In this document: positions 39,703-52,808 of the stretch, in pieces
How the letters are laid out: every line of letters starts with the position of its first letter
Numbering within the stretch: the first letter of the stretch is position 1
DNA from: Octopus sinensis
Taxonomy: Eukaryota
Direction of reading: 5' to 3'
NCBI RefSeq assembly: GCF_006345805.1
Contig: NW_021832715.1
Coordinates: 38,897 to 102,896 of the forward strand
DNA length: 64,000 nucleotides
Notes under the pieces: generated by a model
Told to the model about the DNA's origin: nothing
Seen by the model: the letters and a program-made list of their open reading frames with translations, nothing else
Databases searched by the model: none
Program-made: the position numbers and the translations under genes

Positions 39703-39899
39703 CTAACACAGAAGAAAGAGTACATTTAATTGTTCATTAAGTTCAAGCAAGCCTACTTGCTATTTATTTTCTTTCTTTCTCTTCTCTCTAAATTGTTTCT
39801 TTGTTGCCTCCACAACTCTCTTATTATTCTTTCCCTATTAATTTGTTTTCTTATTCTTATTGTCTCTTGTTTTATTAATTCTGCTTTGTTATTCTCCCA

Positions 39900-40320
39900 T
39901 GGTATTCTACCTTCTGTTTTCTTATTCTGCTATTTTTCCTTATTCTTTCTTCTATTTCTACCTTTCTTCTATCCCCACCACTTCTTTTTCTTATTTTGCC
40001 TCATCCTTATTATTCCCTCTTTTAATTCCCACTTCACATTATCCCTCTTTATCCTACCCTCCATCTTATTTCCACCTCTTCACCTCTCCCCTTTCGGCTT
40101 ATTTTCCCCCTCATCTAATTTCCTCCCTCTTCTTATTCCCCCTCCTCCCATCATTGCCTCCCTCTGTCTTATTCCCCCACTATCTTATCACCCCATATCT
40201 TATTCCCTCCTGTTCCTTTCCTTTTTTCTCCTTATCTTTCCTCTTCCTTATCTCTCCCCTTCTTTACTCCATCATCACATTTTTTTTTTTTTTATTCCTT
40301 CTTCATATTCTGCCTCCTTA
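39900..40320. repeat. Pyrimidine-rich low-complexity tract
   Basis: Almost entirely C/T with scattered A. Confidence 0.85.
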
Positions 40321-40757
40321 TAAATTTTAATGTAAAATGCTTCCTTCATATTCTGGTATTTAAAAACAAAAATAAAAAAAAATTGTTTTTACTTTCACAA
40401 GTTCTAAGTGCAGCTGAAACTGATCTAGTGTCGGGGTGGATTAATAGGATTTATTTGGCATGAATGTGCCATGAATTAACCCAAAATTTGACAGTGTGAT
40501 ACTGCAAATAATTTTCTTATTTAATCAATGGTTTGCAGGCATAATTGTGTGGGTAAGATGTTTGCTTTGCAACTATGTGGTTCAGAGTTTCAACCCATTG
40601 TATGGCACCTTATCTTGGGCAAGCAAATTTCTTTGACTGTAACCCATATGGAGGTGTGTGTTTGTGTGTGTGTGTATACAATGTATTCATCCATCAGAGC
40701 AACAAGGACCATCCAATCATTCTCAAGGATGACTAATGACTTGTGCACTGACTTTAT

Positions 40758-41416
40758 TTAACCCTTCAGCATTTAAACTGGCCATATTCTGGCCAAAATA
40801 TTTTACCTCTCTTTTTACTCTTTACTCTTTTACTTGTTTCAGTCATTTGACTGCAGCCATGCTGGAGCACCGCCTTTAATCGAGCAACTCGACCCTGGGA
40901 CTTATTCTTTTGTAAGCCCAGTACTTATTCTATCGGTCTTTTGCCGAACCGCTAAGTAACGGGGACATAAACATACCAGCATCGGTTGTCAAGCAATGCT
41001 AGGGGGACAAACACAGACACACAAACACACACACGCATATATATATACATATATACGACGGGCTTCTTTCAGTTTCCGTCTACCAAATCCACTCACAAGG
41101 CTTTGGTCGGCCTGAGGCTATAGTAGAAGACACTTGTCCAAGGTGCCATGCAGTGGGACTGAACCCGGAACCATGTGGTTGGTAAACAAGCTACTTACCA
41201 CACAGCCACTCCTGCGCCTATGTGAAGAAAAACCTGTGTTTTTTTATGTTCATATCAGCTCCATTTTGCCTCTCACACTTAGACTACAATGTCATTCTAA
41301 AAATATACAATCACATCATCAAAATCTTGAAGCTACGAGATAATGCATGTTTAGTTCAAAAACAAAGTAAATGAATGTTACATTTGGCAGAGTAATCTGA
41401 TTGGTAAAGGAGAGTT
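40758..41416. mobile_element. Family F MITE interrupted by a full-length family A SINE (40808-41221)
   Basis: ttaacccttcagcatttaaactggcc... resumes after the SINE as tatgttc...acaatgtcattctaaaaa, the reverse complement of 294-521. Confidence 0.75.
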
Positions 41417-42102
41417 GTGCACGATGAACTCTTTCAGCTATGATCGTCTTTAATCCAGTGGCAACGCCGGGTCAATACAGTTGAGGCTAGAGCTGGGTGC
41501 AGAGGATGACCAGACCAAGATGTCTTACTTGCCTCATCTTGCGCTCTGTGCTCCACAATGCATTACTGCTGCTACCTTTCCCTCTGCTGAGCCATGAAGA
41601 TTTCTTTCATGAAGTCTGCCAGATCCAATTTTCACATGCATTGGTAGGCAAGCTATAATATGCTAATTAAACAATAGTTGGGACCTTGAAAGGTGTAACC
41701 ACCCTTGGTCAGAGTAGAGTTGAGAACAGTAGTGTATAAGAAGTCAAACTCCCACACCAGAGTCCCGCTATCAAATGCAGATTAGTCATACTCAAGACAT
41801 ACAATATCTTTGTACTCAGGACTTACAATATCTTTCACTTTGTATAGTAGTAAAATATTTAAGCACTGTGAGAGAAAATAGAAAAACCGTTGTTTAATGA
41901 ATGGAAGTATATTTGAGATATTTTTTCTCTATTGAATTACATATGCTCCCTTGTCTGTCAGAAATACTGTGATTGGCCTACTGGAAGCCTGCTGTAGTTA
42001 ACAACACTTTTGTTTACTAGTTGCAGTATAAAATGAAAAAAAAGATAAATGAATAAAATTAATGCACTAAAACCTCCATTGCTATCCAACAAGAATTTTT
42101 AC

Positions 42103-42182
42103 TTTGCACATTGTCAAAGGAAATCATGTTGACACTAAAATCTAAAGTTTCTTCTGTGAATAATCTAAATGCTGCTGGAGAA
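42103..42182 (-). CDS. Candidate 80-nt exon (SPAAFRLFTEETLDFSVNMISFDNVQ), phase 2-1
   Basis: Acceptor ttctgccttttatgtcag, donor AA|gtaaaa, the only open frame, and in phase with 39659-39702. Confidence 0.35.
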
Positions 42183-42943
42183 CTGACATAAAAGGCAGAA
42201 TGATGACGACAAATGGATAAGGCATTTATCCAATTTTGCATTTAGCTTTCAAAATCTGTTTTGGCATTGTTATAACTAATCACTTGACCAATCACCTATG
42301 ACCCAACAAACATGACATTGGTGGTGGTTATTTGACAGAAAGAAATAAAAAAGAGAGAGAGAGAGAAAAGACTTAAAAACAAACAAAAAAAATATTGAGG
42401 TATTTAATACTATTGCAAAACAATGGCTTGACTGCTGTCTGTCTTGTCTGTTTTACTGAATTAAAGAACTACTATATCAAGACTAATTAGATGTCACTAA
42501 ATCTGTTGAAACATTTTTTTTTCCTCTTTTTTATTTCTATCTTTCTTTTTCAAGAAGTGCAATCTAATTTTTGTATTGACAATTTAAAACTGCTTTTTCC
42601 AAACATTATAATGTTTGCAGAATCTTTAAAATACGTTCTGTTCTCTCAGGGGAATGCACCCATTAGAATTGTTATATATGTTTGTTAATCCTTTCCTTTT
42701 TACCCTCATAAAATTAAATTTCACAAGAGAGCAACCAAATAATAATGAAAGCTATCATCATCATCATCCTGTTCATTTTTCTATGCTGCCCTGGGTCTGA
42801 TAGAATTTGTTAAGGCAGATTTTCAATGGCCTTTTTTCTGTTTTTTTTTTCAAGCAAAGTAATATTTTCCCATGGCTGGAGATGTTTTCATGAAAGATTG
42901 AAAATGAATAACAGTGTGACAATCACACCTGTTTACAAATACC

Positions 42944-43169
42944 TATTTCTTTACTACCCACAAGGGGCTAAACACAGAGAGGACAAACAATGGCAGACAA
43001 ATGGATTAAGTCGATTATATCAGTGCGTAACTGGTCCTTAATTTATTGACCCCGAAAAGATGAAAGGCAAAGTCAACCTTGACTGAATTTGAACTCAGAA
43101 CGTAACGGCAGACGAAATACTGCTCAGCATTTCGCTTGGCGTGCTAACATTTCTGCCAGCTCGCTGCCT
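42944..43169 (-). mobile_element. Family B SINE with 14-bp TSD
   Basis: tgtttacaaatacc on both sides. Confidence 0.9.
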
Positions 43170-46039
43170 TGTTTACAAATACCATGCAATATGAAGACAA
43201 CAAAACACATAAGAAAAGCAATTTAAAGACATCCGGATCTGTTGTTTGATCTGGTACTGCTCAATTTCACAGATTTGCCCAGACCCTGGCACTAGGGTTT
43301 GGTGACTTCACTAGTGCTGCTATCATGAAAAAAAGAAACCTAGTACACTCTGAAGTGGCTGGCATTAGGAAGGGCATCCTGTTATAGAAACCATATCGAT
43401 GCTGACGTTAAAGTTTAGTGCAGTTGTCTGGCTTGTCAATTTATCTTGAACCATCCAACTCATGCTAGCATAGGAAAAGGAACATTAAATGATGTTGCAC
43501 TGAGGTTTAAAGTAGATCTTGCAGGTTAGAATGGCGTAATTATTCTTTTTAAAAAATGTATAATGTAGGCCAAAGTTAAGGGATAAATGGGTTAATATAC
43601 ATTATAACAACTTTAGGAAAGTCTATGAGGTGTTATCTAAATGCAGAGATATGTGGGAAAATGAAAATAGAATTTCAAAGACCATTGCTATCACAAGAAT
43701 CCATTCAGAGGATTAAGTGCATAAATAAAAAGAATCCATTTTGCTCAGTGTGTATAGACAAAGTGAAGGGAAAATAGGCCAGGTCTTTTAGCACATGGAT
43801 TTATAAGCTTCTTTTTTCATTGGTTGACATAACAAGATTCCTTAAGGTACATCTACTTTACTAATTGATACAGTGTTAATCATTACTCTAGCTGGGTTCC
43901 AATTCTGAAAACATACTAGCAATATACATTTCATAGAATATTCTGCTATTAAAGAAACGTGTGTGGTTGTATGGCAAACTCTCCTATGGAGATGAAAGTT
44001 TGCAGAGCCCTCATCTGCAATTTCAGCACAGCTTGAAATAAAGTGTTTTGCTCAAGAATACAATTCACTGTAAGCCATGTTTGTCAACTTTGTCCTAGTT
44101 TGATGGAAGCATATTTTGGTTGCATACATAAGCTAGAATAGTATCACTCCTTCTGCTCAAAGCTTGTATTTCAAGAGGGAAAAGGTGAGAAGTAAAGATT
44201 CAATGTTTTTTTCTTTTACTTCTTTCAGTTATAGGACTGTGGTCATGCTGGGGCACTGCATTGAAGGGTTTTAATTGAATGAATTAACTCCAGTAATCAT
44301 TTTCAACTCTCGTAGTTATTCTATTGGCCTCTTTTTTTGTTTGGTTATGTAGTAAGAAGCTTGCTTCCCAACCAAATGGTCCAGGGTTCAGTCCCTCTGC
44401 ATGGCACCTTGGGCAGGTCTCTGCTACTATAGCCTTCGGCCGACCAAAGCCGTCTGAGTGGATTTGGTGGATGGAAACTGAAAGAAGCCCATTGTATATA
44501 TGTGTGTGCATTCCCATAACTTAGTGGTTCGTCAAAAAAGATTGATAGAATAAGTACCAGGTTTTAAAAAAGAAGTACTTGGGTTGATTCATTCAACTAA
44601 AAAAAAAAAAATTCTAGGCAGTACCTAGCATGGTCATAGTCTAATGACTAAAACCAGTAAAATATAAAAGATAGATAAGATAAAACCATCAGTTGTGATG
44701 CAATAGTGGAGATGTATACACACATACATATATAAATATACGCACACACACTGAGCTTCCACACAGTTTCCAGCTATCAAATTCACTCATAAGGTATTGG
44801 TTAGTCTGGGGCTATAGTAGAAGACACTTGCCCATATGTCAGGTAGTAGGATTGAACCTGATACCTTTTGGTTGCAAAGTAAATTTCTTAAGCATATAGC
44901 CATGCCTAGCTCTATATTTATCTATTTGTACAGAAAGACAAAAACTAAAGTTGACCTTGGTGTGATTTGAACTCTGAGTGCAGAGAGCAAGAACAAATAC
45001 TACAATGCATTCTTGCTGATATTCTAACAATGCTATCAATTCACTGTCTATTGATCAAAAAATTTTAAAAAAACATCTTAACGCAAGCTTAAAAAAACAG
45101 ATGTAAAATAGTGAAAACAAAAAGCTGTCGTTAAACCTGATTAAAAATTCAATGTAGTTTGTTCATATTAACAATTGTTAGTGTTCGTCACAAAACTGAC
45201 TCGATTTCTGTTGATTTTGCTTGTTACTGTAATTAAAAATAAATACTCTGATAATGATCTATAGTTGAATTTAACCCTGAGACTCGTTGATCGTTTTGAC
45301 CTTTGTCAGAAATTGATACACCAAAGCTTGTTGAGAGGTGGGGTGTAGGAGCGAAAAGCAAATGAATTTTTAAAACATTTTTTGGGGTGTCAAAATTTGT
45401 TATTTTACCCACTTTCTTCCGATATTTTAGATCAGTAAACAGATAAGAATTATCAAGACATTTACAAATCAGTTTTTTTTTTTTTTTTTCTAAAAGCCTT
45501 CTTTTATAAATGTTTCCTTTTGATTTTATGTTGGTGAATTGGAAGAAAATACAAATCATGAGAAATAGAATAAAAAAAGAAGTGTGGGTGAGATATTAGA
45601 TTAGTCAACTAATTCTTGGAGATTATGTAAAAATTCAATCAGTATTATTTTGATGTGATAATCTTTTTTGAGTTTGTTTTTTTTTTTTTGTTTTTTGTTT
45701 TCATCAAAGACAATCTAAAATTTCTAAGAAGGTTTCTGTAGCAAAAAATGTAAATATGTAATTCAGAAATTATTTATTTAATAATGTAAAAATAAAATTG
45801 AATTTATTTGCACACTTATAACACTATTCATTTTGTTTTTCTTTATATTCTTAATCATTTTACCTGTTGATATATTATTTAACCAGGTAAAATACAAGAT
45901 CTGAAAAAGCTAGTCATAATTTGTCAACAATTAATTTAGAGGATTGTTCACATAGTTCATTTTACCATTTTTGATGAAGAATCTAATGTTTAAGGACCTT
46001 TCTGTTATATGGGAAAGAAAAAGCACAAGACAGGCTTCT

Positions 46040-46198
46040 GATTTCGAATTCTGCTGAGGTCAACTTTGCCTTTCATCCTTTCGGAGTCGATAAATAAAGT
46101 ACCAGTTTCACACTGGGGTCGATGTAATCGACTTAATCCGTTTGTCTGTCCTTGTTTGTCCCCACTATGTTTAGCCCCTTGTGGGCAATAAAGAAATA
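46040..46198 (+). mobile_element. Family B SINE, headless (5'-truncated)
   Basis: Begins at the B-box region and ends aaagaaata. Confidence 0.85.
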
Positions 46199-46655
46199 TA
46201 TTTCATCTTTTGAAGTATCAACATCTGATGAAAGTTACTTGGGTTATCTTCTCACACCTGTTGCATTATAGCTGTAGATATTTCTATATATGATTAAAAT
46301 TCAGTGGTGATAAACTCTGAATACCATCATGGTCATGTCTTTAAGAAGCTTGCTTCACAGTTACATGGTTTTTGTTGAATTCTGTGTAGAAGCTTGGTCA
46401 TTCCAATTTTATGATAGAGAAGACACTTGACCAAATTTTTGTGCAAAAAATTAGGTAGATAAAAATTGAACAACAGCCTGACAGATATAGGGGGTTGGTA
46501 GAAATGGCAAAGAAGATTCAAATAGAATTCCTTTTGGTCACATTTCTTTATTCTTGTGTAAGCTTTACCTTTCACTTTTTCTAAGGTTGACGAAACAAGT
46601 ACCAGACAGAATTTTGGAATTGGTCTCCAATAACAGAAACTAGTAAATGAATAAA

Positions 46656-46933
46656 TCACGTGATCACGTGACTGACTAGACCATCAGATGTTGCTACACA
46701 TCACTGCTCACAATGTGTTCGCATTGTTTTAGCCTTCGAATAATGCCACCCCGCTGGCTAAGCGAGCAGGCCAACAGAAGAAAGAGTGAGAGAAAGAGTG
46801 GTGGAAAAGTACAGCAGGGATCACCACCCCCTGCCGGAGTCTCGTGGAGCTTTTAGGTATTTTCGCTCAATAAACACACACAATGCCTGGTCTGGGAATC
46901 GAAACCTCGATCCTACAACCATTGCGCCTCCAC
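46656..46933 (-). mobile_element. Family C SINE (tail variant 2), A-box deleted, 11-bp TSD
   Basis: aaatgaataaa at 46645-46655 and 46934-46944. Confidence 0.88.
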
Positions 46934-47629
46934 AAATGAATAAAAAACCAAATTAAAAGTTATTTCATATCATTATTGAACATCCTTACTTCATGCTGGC
47001 TTTGGTTGGATTGTTTGACTATAGCCAATGTGTCCAAGGATTGCATCAACTTCCAACTGTCTATTTTGGCATGGTTTTTACTGCTGGTTACCTTTCCTAA
47101 TGTGAATCAGCATGGATTGGGTGCTTTTTTTCATGCCACCCACACTATGGAGGATGTCATTCAGCTTGCAGCAGGACTACGAAACCTGGGGTAAGTGGGA
47201 TAGTCACATTCAAGTTAGTGTGTAAGGGTATTACTATAAGCTGGGCCAACCCTTAAAACCCTTGAACTCAGTACCATTTCAGTCTCCAATGACTACTACA
47301 AATAAATAAATACTGATGTCTCAAAATTATTCTATACGTTTGCCTTTTATTTATTTCAGTCATTGGACTGCAGCCATGCTCAGGCATTGCACTGAAGGAT
47401 TTTAGTCAAACAAATTGAACCTAGTACTTAGTTTTAATCAGTCTCTTTTATTCTGAACTGCTGTGTTTTGGAGATGTTAAACCAACACCAATTGTCAAGC
47501 ACTGGTGAGGGACAAACACAGAAATCACATATATACATATACACACATATATATTGTGACAGTGACTGTCTAACAAATTCGCTCAGAAGCATTGGTTGGC
47601 CCCTGTTATGGCAGAAGGTACTTGCCTAA

Positions 47630-48000
47630 TCATCATCATCATCATTTAATGTCCGCTTTCCATGCTAGCATGGGTTGGAGGATTTGACTGAGGTCTGGCG
47701 AATCAGACTCCAATCTGATCTGGCAGAGTTTCTACAGCTGGATGCCCTTCGTAACGCCAATCACTCCGAGAGTGTAGTGGGTGCTTTTACGTGGCACCAG
47801 CACAAGGGCCAGTTTGGTGGTACTGGCAACGGCCATGCACAAATGGTGCTTTTTATGTGTCACCTGCACAGGAGCCAGTCCAGCAGCACTGGCGACGACC
47901 TCGCTCGAATGTTTCACATGCCACCAGCACAAGTGCTAGTAAGGCGACGTGGTAACGATCACGCATGAATAGTGTGCTTAATGTGCCATCGGCACTGCAA
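47630..48000 (-). mobile_element. Family D retroposon with a modular body
   Basis: Same tail, domain and tandem modules as the 27462 copy. Confidence 0.85.
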
Positions 48001-48464
48001 AGCAAGTGATTTAACCACACTGCCATGTTTGTGCATATACAAACAAATAAATAAATAAATAATGAATGGTTGACTGCAACAATTGATACTTCCCTTGCAT
48101 TATCTTTTTCATCATAAGGCAAAGCAAAAAAAAGGAAGTTTTTTTTTTTTTATCCTTAAAGACTTTTTAATTGCATTTAAATGGAGTTGCAACAGGGATT
48201 AATTAACTAGACATCAATTAATGATAGAAGCAAAGCCATGTATTCGGTTACTTAATGATGCTGATGGTAATAAGAGATACTAATTAATATGCAGTAAAGC
48301 AGTGAGAGCTTCTACGTAGCTAACCTACTAGAAATAACAGTCAAACCTCCCTCAAATCAAACCCTACTATTTTAATTAAGGAAAGAGCATTTTGGCTACT
48401 GTTGCTATTCACATTTCCCTAACAACACTGGGTAATGATAGCTGGAACAACTCTTATATAATGC

Positions 48465-48742
48465 AGTTCTATATTTAAGAGATGTGGTATTATGTATATT
48501 ATTTACATTATTTACATTATTTACATTTGAGGGATATTTGTCCTCATCTTGTTTGTTGTTAACATGTTTCGGCGGATATACCCTCCAGCCTTCATCAGGT
48601 GCCTTGGGGAAATTTCGAACCAGTGTTCTCATTCCTAAGGTATTTTTCGATGTTGTTGTTGTTATTATTATTATTAAGGTCACTGTCTGGAGTTGAACTC
48701 GGGGTTAGTAGCCCATGCTCTTAACCACTACGCCATATGCCC
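48465..48742 (-). mobile_element. tRNA-headed short element containing a hammerhead core
   Basis: Minus strand: gggcatatggcgtagtggttaagagc...gagttcaactcc head, (AAT)n(AAC)n, cac-CUGAUGA-a-ggcugga(ggguaua)uccgcc-GAAAC-augu, then a (tgtaaataa)n tail. Confidence 0.65.
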
Positions 48743-48894
48743 AAGGGCATATAATGGTTTAGTTATGATTGACCTTGGGTTGAGTAGCATTCTTACTAAC
48801 CTTAGTAGAAAAAAACTAATACATGTACATGGGCATATGAGCATTTATGCATAGATACGTATGTAGTGTTCATAAAGTTCACATAGTCTGTCTT

Positions 48895-49265
48895 TTATTA
48901 CTTTACTTGTTTTCATCATTAGACTGCGACCAAGCTGGGGCACCATCTTGACCAATTTTTAGTCAAATGAACCAACCCCAGTTCTTATTTTTTCCTTTTA
49001 AGTCTGATATTTATTCTATCATTCTCTTTTGCCAAACCACTAAGTTATGAGAATGTAAGGAAACCAATACCCGTTGTAAAGCAGGGTGGAGGACACACAC
49101 ATACATATATGACAGGTTTCTTTCACTTTCCATGTAGCAAATTCACTCACAAGGCTGTGATTGGCCCAAGACTATAGTAGAAGACACTTGCCCAGGGGCC
49201 ATGCAGTGGGACTGTACCTGGATCCTTGTGGTTGGGAAGCAGACTTCTTACCATACAGCCATGTC
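48895..49265 (-). mobile_element. Family A SINE, diverged
   Basis: All family segments are recognisable. Confidence 0.8.
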
Positions 49266-49645
49266 TGTATTTGTTTCATATTATTTTCATAATTACTTTT
49301 AAAATATCCATATCTGCACCTCTTTCATTTTAAATTGAATCTCTGTGAATTGGAAAAAAAAAACGTATATAGTGTTATCAACAGATCAATAGTAATTATT
49401 AATATTGATCCAGACCAATTTATTTGAAACCATTTTAAATGTGAGGTGGAGAACCTCATTTTAGTACCACTTTACAAGAAATGTATTGCAACTACATAAG
49501 AACCTGTGAAGCAGATATGTATGTATGTGTGTATATATAATGAAGTCTGACTCTTTCAGGCTTGTGAAAGTGGACATTAAAACAATGATTTTGTGTGTGT
49601 GTGTGTATGTGTGCTGATGTATTTTGACAAAGGGTGTAAATATCT

Positions 49646-49877
49646 TTTTCTTTACTACCCACAAGGGGTCAAACACAGAGAGAACAAACAAGGATAGACA
49701 AACGGATCAAGTCGATTACATTGACCCCAGTGCATAACTGGTACTTATTTAATCGACCCCGAAAGGATGAAAGGCAAAGTCAACCTCGGTGGAATTTGAA
49801 CTCAGAACGTAGCGGTAGACGAAATACCGCTAAGCATTTCGCTCGGCGTGCTAACGTTTCTGCCAGCTCGCCGCCTT
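49646..49877 (-). mobile_element. Family B SINE with 15-bp TSD
   Basis: agggtgtaaatatct on both sides. Confidence 0.9.
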
Positions 49878-51059
49878 ATAGGGTGTAAATATCTGCAAGA
49901 AAACACGGTAAACCTATGCGTTTTTTCAAATGAATTACCCTATTGATATTTGTTCTGCCTTCAGTTTACAACTCCCTTGTCACTGTCAGAGCTGCAATGA
50001 ACCAATAGTTGGTCAATAGGATACCTGTAGCCAACAATGCTATTATCAATTACTAATTGCAATATATGCGTGATGCCATTTTAAATAATGTTATAAAATA
50101 TGCATGGTATTATCAATGTCATAAATATATCTGCTGAGGTAATAATAATAATAATAATAATAAATGTAGTGAAGATGGATCTGCTGTTTATGGTTGTCTA
50201 CACAATTCCATACATAGCTGGAACTTAATCCATTTTTAGAGAAGACATCAATCACTTTGAGAAGACACATGACCATGTTAACTTGCTATAAATCATTAAG
50301 GAGGTGTGTGTGCGTGTGTGTGTGTGCGCATTGACTTGCTTTAAATTACTGAGTAGACAATAATGAATTAGGTGTCCATTGATTGTGGAAATAAGTATAT
50401 AACACATCTCTATCCTTGCCTTGCTAGAAATAGAAATTTATTACATCTGAAAAGAATGAATTATATAATTTGAATTACTAAGACAGTAATATTCACATCC
50501 CATTATTTTTATCCATTTTTTTCTTTTATGCCTTCCTTTTTTTTTTTTTTAAAAAAAAAAAAAGAAATCTTTTTTCATTCCTGGAAAAAGAAAAATTGTT
50601 GGCTTGTTAGATTCCCCCCCCCCCGCCTCTCCTCCCTCTTTCTTTTCCTTAGACTTCCTTTTTTTTCTTATTTTCCTTTTCTGCATTTCCCCTTGTTTTT
50701 CCTTTTCTTTTCATACTCCCTTCTCTTTTCTCATTCTTTCATCTCTCTCTCTCTCTCTCTCTCTCTCGATCTGAATTATCACTTGCCGATTGTAATTTTT
50801 TTCTCCTGTCTTTTTTTTTTCTTCTGTTTGTTTTTTGGTCTCTTGTCTGTCTTCAAATGTTTTTTTTTTATTTCTTCTCTTTTTGTTCTAACTCCTGTCT
50901 TTTACAGTATTTTTTCCTGCTAGTTATTTATTTCTTTTGTGTGTGTGTATATGTGCATACATTATAAATCTCAATCTAAGGTTTGCTGTTTTTCTTCTAA
51001 AATTCCAATATTGATTATATATATATATATATACATACACATGTTGCTTTTGTATATTA

Positions 51060-51098
<39 letters not shown>

Positions 51099-51179
51099 CT
51101 ATATATATATATATAAGTACCACTGGGGATTTTTTTTTTTTCCTCTGTCTTCCCTTCTTGGGATCTTTCCTTCTCCTAT

Positions 51180-51214
51180 GTTTCCGACGAAGAGCTCCGC
51201 TTGAAACGTTAAAC
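51180..51214 (+). ncRNA. Minimal type-I hammerhead-like motif (U4C variant) in a ~200-bp (TA)n-flanked element
   Basis: guuu-CCGACGA-a-gagc(ucc)gcuu-GAAAC-GUU-aaac. Confidence 0.6.
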
Positions 51215-51307
51215 CCTCCTTCTTCCCTTCTTTCCTGAGCGTCCAATAATACTTTATTTGTTCCACGTCCTTGCGTTTTTGTGTTTTTTTTGTTTTCTTG
51301 TTTGGAT

Positions 51308-51345
<38 letters not shown>

Positions 51346-51852
51346 CATACATACACATGCACACACCTTGTTATGTGTTTCACTTACTAGACTACAGCCA
51401 TAATGGGCTACCACCTTGAAAAATTTTAGTTGAACGAATCAACCCCAGTATAAAATATTTCAAATTTTGGCACATAGTTTTATTTAGATTGTTATGGCTG
51501 CCATTTCAGGCATGTCAAACCTCTATGCATATATTCCTTGCTGACTCTTTGTATGTGTGTGTGTGCATGCATGCGTGCATATATATATACATATATATAA
51601 TGTACACACGCAGTTAATATTGGCTCTAATTTTTATAGTTTCTAGCAATTGACAATAAAACTGACAAACTTTAGCTCTTATGAATGGGATTTATTATATT
51701 GTATTGTTGTATTAATGGCAATGGATTGGCAGAACCATTTCAATAGAGCAGAATACTTGGTAGCATTTATTCTATTCTGAATTCAAATCCCACCGGGTTC
51801 AATTATGCCTTTCACCTTTTCAAGGTCAGTGAAGTTCCAGATCTCTCTCTCT

Positions 51853-51890
<38 letters not shown>

Positions 51891-51895
51891 CTTTC

Positions 51896-51946
<51 letters not shown>

Positions 51947-52536
51947 GAGGTATATGTATTTATATATTTGCTGGTAAGAATAGAGTTTCTAAAATGGAAA
52001 GAGAAATTAGGAAGATTGCTTTGGTCTACTGACAGAACAGCTCTCATGTTTACAGGAGATATGGGTTCAACTTTTCACAGGCAGCCTTTGACTTTTCCTA
52101 CTCAGAAAGGATTTCTCAACTCAATATATTTACTTGCTATTATTTATAGCTCTCTGTACTTTGAGACCCTTTTTCTAAAATAGATAGATGCAGTCATGGT
52201 TGTGTGGTAAGATGTTTACTTCCCAACCACGTGGTTCCTGGTTCACTTCCTCTGCTTGACACTTTAGGCAAGTGCCTTCTATTGTACCCTTGGACTGACC
52301 AAAGCCTTGTGAGTAGATTTGGAAGATGGAAAGTTGTGTTTGTTTCTGTATCTGTGTTTGTCCCCTACCACCACTTAACTGGTTGTGGGTTTGACAAAAG
52401 AGACCACTAGAATAAATACCTGGCTTAAAAGGTAAGTACCGGGATTAATTCAGTCAATTAAAATTCTTCAAGGTGATGCGCCTGCATGATTGTTGTCTGA
52501 TGACTGAAGTAAGTAAAAGATAAGACAAGAGAGGTG

Positions 52537-52573
<37 letters not shown>

Positions 52574-52599
52574 GTATATATATATAATATGTATATATG

Positions 52600-52658
<59 letters not shown>

Positions 52659-52765
52659 GTATATAAAATTCTTCAAGGTGATGCGCCTGCATGATTGTTG
52701 TCTGATGACTGAAGTAAGTAAAAGATAAGACAGAGAGGTGTATATATATATATATATGTATATTG

Positions 52766-52796
<31 letters not shown>

Positions 52797-52808
52797 TGTA
52801 TATATATA

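Noticed and set aside
42140-42182. FRLFTEETL resembling the Nav channel N-terminal FRPFTxESL motif
   Set aside because: Similarity is limited to a few residues; the following sequence does not match.
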